Counted from the first letter of the stretch, positions 37,835 through 47,781 are shown. The stretch is DNA of 64,000 bases from Bacteroidia bacterium (GCA_026391215.1 JAPLDX010000090.1:37222-101221), one strand, 5' to 3'. Notes: generated by a model not told the origin, from the letters alone. A program made the numbers and translations.

Positions 37835-40272
37835 ATGAAATACGGTTACTTTGATGATAAAAAAAGGGAATATGTAATTACTAATCCGCGTACTCCATGG
37901 CCCTGGATCAATTACCTGGGAACTGAAGACTTTTTCTCTCTCATATCAAACTCCGCCGGCGGTTATTCTTTTTGTAAGGATGCCAAATTCCGCCGGATCA
38001 CACGCTACAGGTACAATAATGTCCCGATGGACAGCGGAGGAAAATACTTCTATTTAAAGGATGGCGACACTATCTGGTCACCAGGATGGAAACCCTGCAA
38101 GACCGGGCTCGACAGTTATGAATGCCGCCATGGGATGAACTATACAGTTATAAAAGGTGAAAAAAACGAGGTTTCAGCAAGCGTTCTGTATTTTGTACCC
38201 CTGAAAACCTGGGCTGAGGTGCAGAAACTCACACTTACAAATAATTCAAAAACAACCAAAAAGCTTAAGGTTTTTTCGTTTGTCGAATGGTGCCTGTGGA
38301 ACGCTGCCAGCGATATGGAAAACTTCCAGAGAAATTTTTCTACAGGGGAAGTGGAAATCCAGGGTTCAGTCATCTATCATAAGACCGAATATAAAGAAAG
38401 GCGCAATCATTATGCCTTCTACTCTGTAAATGTGCCTGTTCAGGGATTTGATACTGACCGTGAGTCTTTCTTTGGCTTATATAATGGTTTTGATGAACCT
38501 CAGGTTGTCTCTGAAGGCAAACCTCATAACTCAGAAGCCCACGGCTGGTCTCCGATTGCTTCACACTATATTGAAGTGGAACTTAAGCCCGGAGAATCAA
38601 AAGATTTTATATTCGTATTAGGTTATGTTGAAAATAAAGAGGATGAGAAATGGGAATCCAAAAATATAATCAACAAGAAGAAGGCAAAAGATACAATAGC
38701 AAAGTTTGATACTGCCGCTAAAGTTGATGCTGCGCTGGCCGATCTGCGAAAATACTGGGATAATCTGCTGAGCATTTACACAGTTAAATCAGGTGACGAC
38801 AAACTTGATCGCATGGTAAACATCTGGAATCAGTACCAGTGCATGATTACTTTCTGCTTCTCCCGTTCGACTTCATTCTTTGAATCAGGAATAGGCCGCG
38901 GCATAGGCTTCCGTGACTCCAATCAGGATCTTATAGGTTTTGTTCATCAGATTCCTGAAAGAGCAAGGGAGAGGATCATTGACATAGCTTCAACCCAGTT
39001 CCCTGATGGCGGATGTTACCATCAGTACCAGCCACTTACAAAAAGAGGAAATAATGACATTGGCGGAGGTTTTAATGATGATCCTTTGTGGCTCATCCTT
39101 GGAACTATAAGTTATATAAAGGAAACCGGTGATTTTGGCATCCTTGATGAAATGGTTCCTTTTGACAATGATGCATCAGTTGCCCGTACATTGTTTGATC
39201 ATTTGACTGTTTCATTCGATCATGTTGTAAATAATCTTGGGCCGCATGGACTTCCTCTTTCCGGACGTGCCGACTGGAACGACTGCCTGAATCTGAATTG
39301 CTTCTCAAATGATCCGGATGAATCATTCCAGACCACTGAGAATAAAACAGAAGGATCTAAAGCTGAATCTGTTATGATAGCAGGTTTGTTTGTAGTTTAT
39401 GGCCGCGATTATGTTGATCTCTGCAAAAAGCTGGGAAAGAATGATGAGGCTTTGCGTGGTCAGAACAATGTGGATGCTATGGTCAGAACAATTAAGGAAA
39501 GTGGCTGGGACGGGGAATGGTTTATCCGTGCTTATGATTTTTTCGGTCATAAAGTCGGTAGCAATGAAAATCAGGAAGGCAAGATCTTTATTGAATCTCA
39601 GGGAATGTGTACCATGGCAGGGATTGGAAAGGAAGAAGGTCTTTGCACAAAAGCGCTGAATGCAGTAAAAGAACGTCTTGATTGTCAGCATGGCATCGTA
39701 TTGAATAACCCTGCATTCACCAGGTATTATATTGAATACGGCGAAATATCATCATATCCTGCAGGCTACAAAGAAAATGAAGTGTTTTCTGCCACAATAA
39801 TCCCTGGATCATGATTGGCGAAACTGTTGTTGGCAATGGTGATCGTGCATGGGAGTATTACAGGAAGATATGTCCTTCGTACCTTGAAGAAATAAGCGAT
39901 CTGCATAAGACCGAACCTTATGTATATGCTCAGATGATTGCAGGGAAAGATGCTTTCAAGCCCGGTGAAGCTAAGAATTCCTGGCTGACAGGTACCGCCT
40001 CGTGGAATTTCTATGCTATCACGCAGTATATATTAGGTATTCGCCCTGATTTCGATGGACTTTTAATTGATCCGTGCATTCCTTCCTCGTGGAAAGGATT
40101 TGAGGCAACCCGGAAATTCAGAGGTGCCACTTATCTCATTGAAGTCGTAAATCCTGATGGCAAATCCAAGGGAGTACAGAAAGTAACAGTTGATGGCAAA
40201 CTGCATAAATCAAATCTGATACCTGTTTTTGGAGATGGTAAAGAACATAAAGTGAATATTATCCTTGGATAG
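37835..40272 (+). pseudogene. GH94 cellobiose phosphorylase-like gene, split by a 1-nt frameshift at about 39780 (real or sequencing error)
   Basis: [41 protein letters not shown]; GYKEN continues in another frame as (G/A)[14 protein letters not shown]...SWLTGTASW. Confidence 0.88.
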
Positions 40273-40285
40273 ATGATCATTTAGT

Positions 40286-40324
40286 AAAAAGAAGGGCATC
40301 TCAGTTACACCGGGATGCCCTTTT
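40286..40324. terminator. Bidirectional Rho-independent terminator
   Basis: AAAAAGAAGGGCATC...GATGCCCTTTT between convergent genes. Confidence 0.8.
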
Positions 40325-40346
40325 AATTAATTAAGATTATAAAAGT

Positions 40347-41984
40347 TTATGCAGGCATATCAGGTAATTTGAAACCGTTCAGGTATTCATGCTTTACCAT
40401 TGATGCTACAAATTCCTTTACATTCTTGGAACTCGGATCTTCCCTTGGTCCAAAACCACCAGGACCGGCGGCAGGCGCCTGACCACGGCCCGAAGCTGCA
40501 CCGCCTGCAGTTTTTGCAGCAGCGCTTGCAGCAGCCATCATTTTACCTATATCAAACATCTCCGACCAGGTAGATACTTTCTCTGTATCTGATATATTTG
40601 TAAACTGCATATTTTCACCGTCCCAATCCAATATCCTGTTGAGTTTTTGCAACCGTACGCCCAGGACACCCATCAATACCATTTCGTTGAAAGGACCTGC
40701 TTCACCGAAGTGGGATGCTGTCTTATCGCGAAGTTCAGGGTCTTTACATGCGTTAACCCAATCCATATAATGGTTATTATCAGGAATTACCCTTAAAACC
40801 TCGGGTGATTTCGGGGTCCTTCCCGAAAGAAGGTATGCATCTGAACCATGGCTTCCTAAAATTAGTGTATCTTTTGTACCATAAAGAGCGCAGCCTTCGC
40901 CCTGCCATGTTTTTCCTTCAGGAAGCACTCCCGGGATCATTGGGCGGAATCCGCCATCGTACCAGGTTACTTCAACTTCAGGAAGTGCCATGTATGGAAG
41001 GTTCGGACGTGCAGGGAACGTCATTTTTACTATCTGGGCATGAGGACATGCGTCTTTCTTAAGTGTTGTCGACTGACCCTCAACTTTGACAGGATATCCC
41101 AGCTTCAGTACTTTAAATACCGGGTGCATATTGTGGCAAGCCATGTCACCGAAAGCGCCAGTTCCGAAGTCCCACCATCCGCGGAAATTCCAGGGAGTAT
41201 AGGCATTATTGTAGGGGCGGAAAGGCATGTGGGCTATCCAAAGGTTCCAATCCATAGTCTTAGGTACTTTCTGGACATCGGTAGGAGTATCCAGACCCTG
41301 AGGCCAGATAGGACGACTTGACCATACAGCTACCTTACGTACCTCCCCTATTTCACCTGCCCATGCCCAAGCACATGCCTGGCGGACACCCGGACCGGAA
41401 GAACCCTGGTTGCCCATCTGAGTGGCTACACCCGATTTTTTAGCCAGCCTGGTCAGGAGGCGCGATTCGTAAATTGAATGAGTTAGTGGTTTTTCAACAT
41501 ACACGTGCTTGCCAAGAGTCATGGCAGTTGCTGCAGGATTGGCATGACTGTGGTCAGCAGTTGCAACAACCATAGCGTCAATTGATTTTGACATTTCATC
41601 ATACATAACCCTCCAGTCTTTATACCGTTTGGCACTGGGATATTTTTCAAAAGTGCCAAGTACAGGACCGTAGCCCCAGTCAACGTCACAGACAGCTACC
41701 AGCTTTTCAGTACCTGGTTTGGCAGCCATGCCAAACATGCCCGGGGATGCTGCTGCAACTTCCGGTTTGCAAATACTGCCGATATCACCGGAACCCTGGC
41801 TGCCGGCACCAACCAGTGCGACATTAAGAGTATCGCTTGGAGCCTGATATCCAAGTTTTTTGCCCATGGCAACACCCGGGATAATAGTAAATACAGCAGA
41901 CGCTGCAGTTGTGGTTCTCAGAAAGCTCCTCCGGGTGAAGGTCTTGCCTCCTGTACCTTTTTTGTTAACATTTTCCTTGTCCAT
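40347..41984 (-). CDS. Tat-exported Gfo/Idh/MocA oxidoreductase (glycoside 3-dehydrogenase-like)
   Basis: TRRSFL Tat motif; VATADHSH, VYVEKPLTH, ATQMGNQG, FRGWWDFGTGAFGDMACH. Confidence 0.9.
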   Translation of the reverse strand: MDKENVNKKGTGGKTFTRRSFLRTTTAASAVFTIIPGVAMGKKLGYQAPSDTLNVALVGAGSQGSGDIGSICKPEVAAASPGMFGMAAKPGTEKLVAVCDVDWGYGPVLGTFEKYPSAKRYKDWRVMYDEMSKSIDAMVVATADHSHANPAATAMTLGKHVYVEKPLTHSIYESRLLTRLAKKSGVATQMGNQGSSGPGVRQACAWAWAGEIGEVRKVAVWSSRPIWPQGLDTPTDVQKVPKTMDWNLWIAHMPFRPYNNAYTPWNFRGWWDFGTGAFGDMACHNMHPVFKVLKLGYPVKVEGQSTTLKKDACPHAQIVKMTFPARPNLPYMALPEVEVTWYDGGFRPMIPGVLPEGKTWQGEGCALYGTKDTLILGSHGSDAYLLSGRTPKSPEVLRVIPDNNHYMDWVNACKDPELRDKTASHFGEAGPFNEMVLMGVLGVRLQKLNRILDWDGENMQFTNISDTEKVSTWSEMFDIGKMMAAASAAAKTAGGAASGRGQAPAAGPGGFGPREDPSSKNVKEFVASMVKHEYLNGFKLPDMPA

Positions 41985-42225
41985 GCTGATTAAATTAAAG
42001 ATTTGATTATCCTGAATTGTGCAATTTATTTCCTGATAAATTACTTCTAAAAGTAATTACAAAAAGGAACATTTGTACTAATATGAAAAAGAAAATATTT
42101 CGATTGTTTAAGAAATTAAGTTATCAGATACCTCTTCTGTTCACAAGGACTTATTTCAGCAGAATTTCTATTGCAGATCCATAATTTAGCTCTAACTTAA
42201 CCTCACTTTCATAAAAAATTGTACT

Positions 42226-44449
42226 ATGAAACGGATACTTACAATCTTAATCTTCCTTCTTGTCGGTGCAACATCTTTTGCCCAGAAAGATAAAAACACA
42301 GACAAGGAGAAAACGCAGGATAACAAGATCACTCCAGGTGCTTCTGGAGTTAAAAGAAGCATTGGATACAAGTTTAGCTCAATATCTGAGGACAAGGATC
42401 CGGGTGATGGAATATTCAGGTATAACAACGTGAATGTAACTTCTGTGTCCTGGATCTATATTGATAAAAATGACATAAAAGGAGAGGATCAGACCAACTG
42501 GTACAAGACCTGGAATGAAACTACGGGAGCCACTGGCAGAGGGCAGCTGGTTCTTGTGGCATTAAGGGGAGATAATGTAAACGTTTTCAATATAACTGAT
42601 GTTTTCATAGATGGCAACGGGTACTGGAAGTTCCCGGTGAAGTATGTGTCAGGCAAATTGCCTGTAAATGATTCAGTATATTTCAGTCACTGCGGTTCCG
42701 GCTGCTGAAGTAGTTACAGAAGTTGCTGTTGTTGCAGAGGCTCCGATAGTTGAGGTAGTTACAGAACCTCCTGTAGTTGAGGTAGTCACTGCGGTTCCGG
42801 CTGCTGAAGTAGTTACAGAAGTTGCAGTAGTCACAGAGGCTCCGGTAGTTGAAGTGGTCACTGAGGTTCCTGCTGCTGAAGTAGTTGCAGAAGTTGCAGT
42901 AGTCACAGAGGCTCCGGTAGTTGAAGTGGTCACTGAGGTTCCGGCTGCTGAAGTAGTTGCAGAAGTTGCAGTAGTCACAGAGGCTCCGGTAGTTGAAGTG
43001 GTCACTGAAGTTCCGGCTGCGGAAGAAGTTGTTGTAATTGCGGAAGCGCCTGTTGTCGAAGCGGCTCCTGCTGTTCCTGCAACGGAAGAAGTTGTAGTAA
43101 TTGCGGAAGCGCCTGTTGTCGAAGCGGCTCCTGCTGTTCCTGCAGCGGAAGAAGTTGTAGTAGCTGCAGAAGTCCTTGTTGTCGAAGCGGCTCCTGCTGT
43201 TCCTGCAACGGAAGAAGTTGTTGTAATTGCGGAAGCGCCTGTTGTTGAAGCGGCTCCTGCTGTTCCTGCAGCGGAAGAAGTTGTAGTAGCTGCGGAAGCC
43301 CCGGTTGTTGAGGCGGCTCCTGCTGTTCCTGCAGCAGAAGAAGTTGTAGTAGCTGCAGAAGCCCCTGTTGTTGAAGCAGCTCCTGCTGTTCCTGCAGCGG
43401 AAGAAGTTGTTGTAATTGAGGAAGCGCCTGTTGTTGAAGCGGCTCCTGCTGTTCCTGCAACGGAAGAAGTTGTTGTAATTGCGGAAGCGCCTGTTGTCGA
43501 AGCGGCTCCTGCTGTTCCTGCAGCAGAAGAAATTGTGGTAATTGCGGAAGCCCCAGTTGTTGAGGCGGCTCCTGCTGTTCCTGCCGCAGAAGAAGTTGTA
43601 GTAGCAGAAGCTCCTGTTGTTGAAGCAGTTCCTGAGGTTCCTGCAATTGAAAAGGTTGAAGAAGTTGCAGTAGTAACGGAAGCTCCTGTCACAAAACCTG
43701 CTCCTGACACTAAAGAGACAACAGTAGCCCCTGGTCCGCCAAGAATTACAGAAACAAAACCTGCACAGGAAACAAAAGAAACGACAGTGGCTCAGGGTCC
43801 TCCGAGAGTTACTGAGACTAAACCTGTCCAGGGAACTCAAGGGACTACAGTCTCCCAGGGTACTCAGAGAGCTCCTGTGACTCAACCTGCCCGGGAGACA
43901 AGGGTAAATGAAGCTCCTGTAACCCAGAATTACTATGGATCGACGAGTGTCAGCCGCAGAAAATGTTATCGCGGTATAATTGAGATGGGTTATGCTTTGC
44001 GTGTCAGTGAATACGGAATGAACAACTTCAGGTTTAACTTCATTAATGGTTTTAATATAGGTCATACCTCAATAGGACTTGGAATTGGTGTCCGAAAATA
44101 TTATGACAAACCAGCAAATCATCCGGACTGGCATCTTGTCTCAAGCGATGTCCAGATACCGGTTTTCCTTGATATAAGAACGACATTTTCATCAAAGAAG
44201 GTCACACCATACTTAGGAATTGGAATTGGTAATTCAACAGGCTTTGATACTGATACTGTGAAAAACAATCCTGAAGGGTTATACTTTCATGCTACAGGCG
44301 GGATCTGGTTTAATATCTCCGACAGATTTGCAGTGTTTGGTGGCTTTGCATATGAATTGCAAAGACTGGAATATGCCAAATTTTCTGATGAGATCCCTTA
44401 TAAGAAATTTACCAACTCAATAAGTCTCAATATCGGCATTGCATTTTAG
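42226..44449 (+). CDS. Surface protein: signal peptide, globular head, V/A/E/P repeat stalk, C-terminal outer-membrane beta-barrel; frameshifted at about 42685
   Basis: ORF 42226-42708 has a signal peptide and ends where the repeats begin; ORF 42668-44449 has no signal peptide, carries the repeats and a barrel ending LNIGIAF. Confidence 0.7.
42686..43012 (+). repeat. 72-bp coding tandem repeat (about 4 copies, VTEVPAAEVVAEVAVVTEAPVVEV)
   Basis: GTCACTGAGGTTCC recurs at 42857 and 42929, 72 nt apart; first copy has an extra partial unit. Confidence 0.9.
43013..43639 (+). repeat. 63-bp coding tandem repeat (9 full copies plus one 60-bp copy, PAAEEVVVIAEAPVVEAAPAV)
   Basis: Counted directly from the translation; differences between units are mostly synonymous. 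Confidence 0.93.
43694..43888 (+). repeat. Degenerate 63-bp Thr/Pro-rich repeat (about 3 copies, KPAQETKETTVAQGPPRVTET)
   Basis: Visible in the translation between the acidic stalk and the barrel. Confidence 0.75.
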
Positions 44450-44482
44450 AATAATATTAACCAATAAAATCAGGAAAATAGC

Positions 44483-45520
44483 TTAATGTTCATGCCGATG
44501 ATGCAGATCAGGATAATGTTTATGGATATGTTCAATTTCTTTATGCTCATGCAGATGTGAATGTTTCAGAGTTTTATCTTCATCCCCCTCATGAATATGG
44601 TCATGATGGTCATCATCGTGACTATGCAGATGTATATGAACCATGCCCTTATGGTAATGCGTATGCCCATGTGAGGCTATATTAGTAAATACTATCCCTA
44701 GTACCAGGATTGAAAAGGAAATCATAACTATCAGAGTTAAAGGCTCTCCAAGGAATATCCAGGCTGCAAATATCCCCCAGAACGGAGCTGTACTAAATAG
44801 TATCTGACCTCTTGTTGCTCCTAAATTTTGTGCTGAAGTAACATAGAGAACTATACTGATACCGTATGAAAAGACACCAATTAAAAGAGCTGCAGGAATA
44901 TAGTTTAACTGAATTTGCCAGTTACTTAAAAACATGCCTATCGTTAAATTTGTAATACCTCCGAAAACACCTTTTACAAACGTTATTGTCTGGGGTGAAA
45001 CTCCATCTATTATTGCAGAAAAATGATTATCAAATCCCCAGGAAATGCATGCTAATAATATGAAGATTGCAGAAATAATACCACTTGATGTTTCCTGAGA
45101 GGAAATAATAACTCCCGCACACAGAGTTAACAATATTCCAACTATTGCATAACGATCCAAATGATCTTTAAATAACAAAACTCCAAAGATTGCAGTAGCT
45201 ACAAGTTCCATATTCAGCCATATGGATACAGACATGGCATTAGCGGTTTTTAAACCAATCATTAAAAACAGAGGACCCAGTATTCCACCAAAGAGGATAA
45301 CTCCGCCTAAATACCTCTTCTTACTTGTTTGCCTTAATGCTTTAATCTCAGCTTTTCTGTTTTTTATTATATAGGGAAGAAATGCTAATGCCGCACCCAG
45401 ATATAACAATCCCGCCAAATGGAAACTATTGAGCTGAGATAATATGATTTTACTCAATGGAGTTGCCACACCAAAAAGTAAGCCTGCAAATAATCCAATT
45501 AAGATCGATCTTATTTTCAT
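44483..45520 (-). CDS. DMT/EamA-family transporter with His-rich C-terminal tail
   Basis: About 10 TM helices, CISWGFDNH, GVFSYGISI, STAPFWG; tail HGHTHYH...HKHYPDLHHRHEH; start moved to 45520. Confidence 0.88.
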   Translation of the reverse strand: MKIRSILIGLFAGLLFGVATPLSKIILSQLNSFHLAGLLYLGAALAFLPYIIKNRKAEIKALRQTSKKRYLGGVILFGGILGPLFLMIGLKTANAMSVSIWLNMELVATAIFGVLLFKDHLDRYAIVGILLTLCAGVIISSQETSSGIISAIFILLACISWGFDNHFSAIIDGVSPQTITFVKGVFGGITNLTIGMFLSNWQIQLNYIPAALLIGVFSYGISIVLYVTSAQNLGATRGQILFSTAPFWGIFAAWIFLGEPLTLIVMISFSILVLGIVFTNIASHGHTHYHKGMVHIHLHSHDDDHHDHIHEGDEDKTLKHSHLHEHKEIEHIHKHYPDLHHRHEH

Positions 45521-45521
45521 A

Positions 45522-46196
45522 CTATTTGATTCCGCGCACAAAAGAGAGCACCGGAAGCCCCAGAACACGGAACTTTGCCTGAGAAATCTCTATTTGAGAA
45601 AAACCCGATGATTCCATTATAGGTTGTAATTCTTTTAAATCATGTTTTAACATAAATCCTAAAAATAACTTTAAGATCCTCCTTGACATAGGACGTTGCG
45701 GTAAAGCTAGATCAAGCACCAAAAATCTTCCCTGGGGTTTGAGAACACGATAAATTTCTTCAATTCCCTTATTTCTTACCTTTTCAGACATATGGAAAAT
45801 CATGAAACTGCACATTACAACATCAAAATTCTCATTCGGAAAGGGAATATCTTCAATGTTCCCTAGTTGAAATGTGATATCCAATTTGGCCTGTGCGGCC
45901 TTTTTCTGGCTGGCTTCAATCATTACGGGGATGATATCAATCCCGAAAACACTGCCAGTCGGACCTGCCTGTCGTTTTGCTGCAAGAGTTAATGTACCGG
46001 TAGCACATCCAACTTCAAGGACACAATCTCCCGGTTTTACCAGTGCCAGGTTTATAGTCATTCTTCGCAGAGCATCTTCCCGGCCTAAGGTTATTCTTTT
46101 CATGTATTTGTCATAAGAATTCACCATTTGTTCCATTTGATTTTTAATGGTGATGTCTTCATCAGTGCTGTTTTGATTTGATCTGTTCTCAGTCAT
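45522..46196 (-). CDS. Class I SAM-dependent methyltransferase (UbiE-like)
   Basis: VLEVGCATG, GIDI, FDVV, RVLKPQG. Confidence 0.88.
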   Translation of the reverse strand: MTENRSNQNSTDEDITIKNQMEQMVNSYDKYMKRITLGREDALRRMTINLALVKPGDCVLEVGCATGTLTLAAKRQAGPTGSVFGIDIIPVMIEASQKKAAQAKLDITFQLGNIEDIPFPNENFDVVMCSFMIFHMSEKVRNKGIEEIYRVLKPQGRFLVLDLALPQRPMSRRILKLFLGFMLKHDLKELQPIMESSGFSQIEISQAKFRVLGLPVLSFVRGIK

Positions 46197-46283
46197 TGCG
46201 TACTCCTTTCCTGATTTTTTTACACTCCAAATTTTTGCTGGTGTTTGTAATGCCTTGTTGCGTTTTTCAAAATCTATTTATAA

Positions 46284-46515
46284 ATGTATTATATATTTTT
46301 GCTCTCTCACATACCCTTTTAGTAATTATCGTCCTGGGGCAGAATGATCGTGAAACATGGCAACCGTCGGAATTAATATAGAAAGAGCTCACTTTCCTGC
46401 CTTCATGACTGGAAAACAAATATTAGATACAATCGAAAAAACTGATTATAAGCTGGAACGAATTGAAACTTTATTACCAGGAGATGATATTTACATCTAT
46501 AAAGTTAAGGATTAG
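46284..46515 (+). pseudogene. Internally deleted remnant, probably of a secreted SAM methyltransferase
   Basis: Hydrophobic leader + GQNDRETWQPSE followed closely, in another frame, by MTGKQILDTIEKTDYKLERIETLLPGDDIYIYKVKD*; these resemble the two ends of that family. Confidence 0.4.
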
Positions 46516-46570
46516 TAAAGTTATTAAAAAAAAGCTTCCAGAAGTAGTATTCCTCTTATAATGAGATCAA

Positions 46571-46866
46571 TTATTGTTTGGTGCCTTCATATTCAACATA
46601 GATATATCCGGAATATTTTGAATCGGCAATTATCTTCATCATTTTGACGTAATCAACTCTTGTCTCGTTTCCGTCTGTGTCAAAATTAACAGTCTTAGTA
46701 ATTCCGGGGAAGTCGAGATTGGTAGTTTTCCCCTTTGACAATGAGAAGTGTAACGACCATTCAGCAAGAGAAATATTAAATCTCCGTTCCTGACCGGATA
46801 AATTAATACTGACAAGCTCTGCGAACAGGATTGTGATTATAAGGTGAATATTTGGAATTTTTTCAT
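46571..46866 (-). pseudogene. Internally deleted sugar phosphate isomerase/epimerase (TIM barrel) remnant
   Basis: Hand translation: MKKFQIFT-(frameshift)-LIITILFAELVSINLSGQERRFNISLAEWSLHFSLSKGKTTNLDFPGITK fused in frame to TVNFDTDGNETRVDYVKMMKIIADSKYSGYIYVEYEGTKQ*. Confidence 0.75.
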
Positions 46867-46889
46867 TAAATTGCCTAAACCCAACTTCT

Positions 46890-46982
46890 ATGAAAACAGT
46901 TACAATAGGTATATTTTGCTATTTATTATCAAGTAGTTTTATCTATTCTCAGGGAAAGTTAGAAGCAGATTTAATGGCATGA
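46890..46982 (+). pseudogene. 30-aa signal-peptide-only ORF (probable truncated gene)
   Basis: MKTVTIGIFCYLLSSSFIYSQGKLEADLMA*; stop codon overlaps the next ATG (ATGA). Confidence 0.35.
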
Positions 46983-47722
46983 TATTTAGAAAATTACAAT
47001 CCGGAACAGTCAATTTATATGTGATTATCCTTCTCATGATTTTAGGATTCTCATCCCTGCCAAGTGTTTCACAGAGTCATAAAACCATAGACCTCGAAGA
47101 AATACCTCAGAAGAAAATCCGCAAATACCTGGTATCGAGATCATTTGATCAGATGAATGACTTTTCTTCCATTCATGCCAGTTGGAAAAAGGACATCGAT
47201 GCATCAGATTATAATGTCATTGAAAAAACATTTTATCTGAAAAATAAACTTTCGAATGTCTGGGATTTCTACAGGCATATTAATCCCGTTAAAATGTGCA
47301 ACGGTCGATCTATCCAGTTTGGATTACTGATATCAAAGCCTACAAACTCTGTTATATACACGAATAATCCCTATTTACCTGAAATTGATACTGGTCAGGT
47401 TTATTTTCTCAACATAAGACTGATGAAAGGACTATTCAATATTCCAGTCGCATTTGAGATTATCAATATTGACCAGAAACAACAAATAGTAGAGTTTAGT
47501 TATATCGATAATAATAAATCGCTGGGGAAACAGACCATACAGTTTTTTGATAATGGAGAGGGTCGCACAAAAATTGTCCATCGGAGTTATTTTAAAAGCG
47601 AATCTTCGCTTCGTGACAATTTACTTTACCCCCATTTTCATAAAAAATTCATTAAGGATTTCCATAGAAATATAAAGCAACTTATTAAAAGTAATAAGCT
47701 TACTTTCCCCATTTTAAATTAA
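46979..47722 (+). CDS. Hypothetical secreted protein (possible SRPBCC-like fold)
   Basis: 247-aa ORF with N-terminal hydrophobic segment; no confident family. Confidence 0.6.
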   Translation: MIFRKLQSGTVNLYVIILLMILGFSSLPSVSQSHKTIDLEEIPQKKIRKYLVSRSFDQMNDFSSIHASWKKDIDASDYNVIEKTFYLKNKLSNVWDFYRHINPVKMCNGRSIQFGLLISKPTNSVIYTNNPYLPEIDTGQVYFLNIRLMKGLFNIPVAFEIINIDQKQQIVEFSYIDNNKSLGKQTIQFFDNGEGRTKIVHRSYFKSESSLRDNLLYPHFHKKFIKDFHRNIKQLIKSNKLTFPILN

Positions 47723-47781
47723 TGTGAATAAAAAGGTATAGTCATGCAAATGGGAAAGTTAAATAAGAAAAATACAATTTT

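Noticed and set aside
39770-39790. Programmed ribosomal frameshift in GH94
   Set aside because: No canonical slippery heptamer or stimulatory hairpin, and the lesion falls within a conserved catalytic-domain motif
42686-43639. Possible CRISPR array
   Set aside because: Units are contiguous, multiples of 3 nt, vary mainly at synonymous sites and have no unique spacers; no cas genes in the window
42673-44065. Three long - strand ORFs (345, 460 and 214 aa; Ala/Thr/Ser-, Arg/Asn/Phe- and Gln/Leu-rich)
   Set aside because: Stop-free only because they are antisense to the low-complexity tandem repeats; the + frame links to a signal peptide and a barrel
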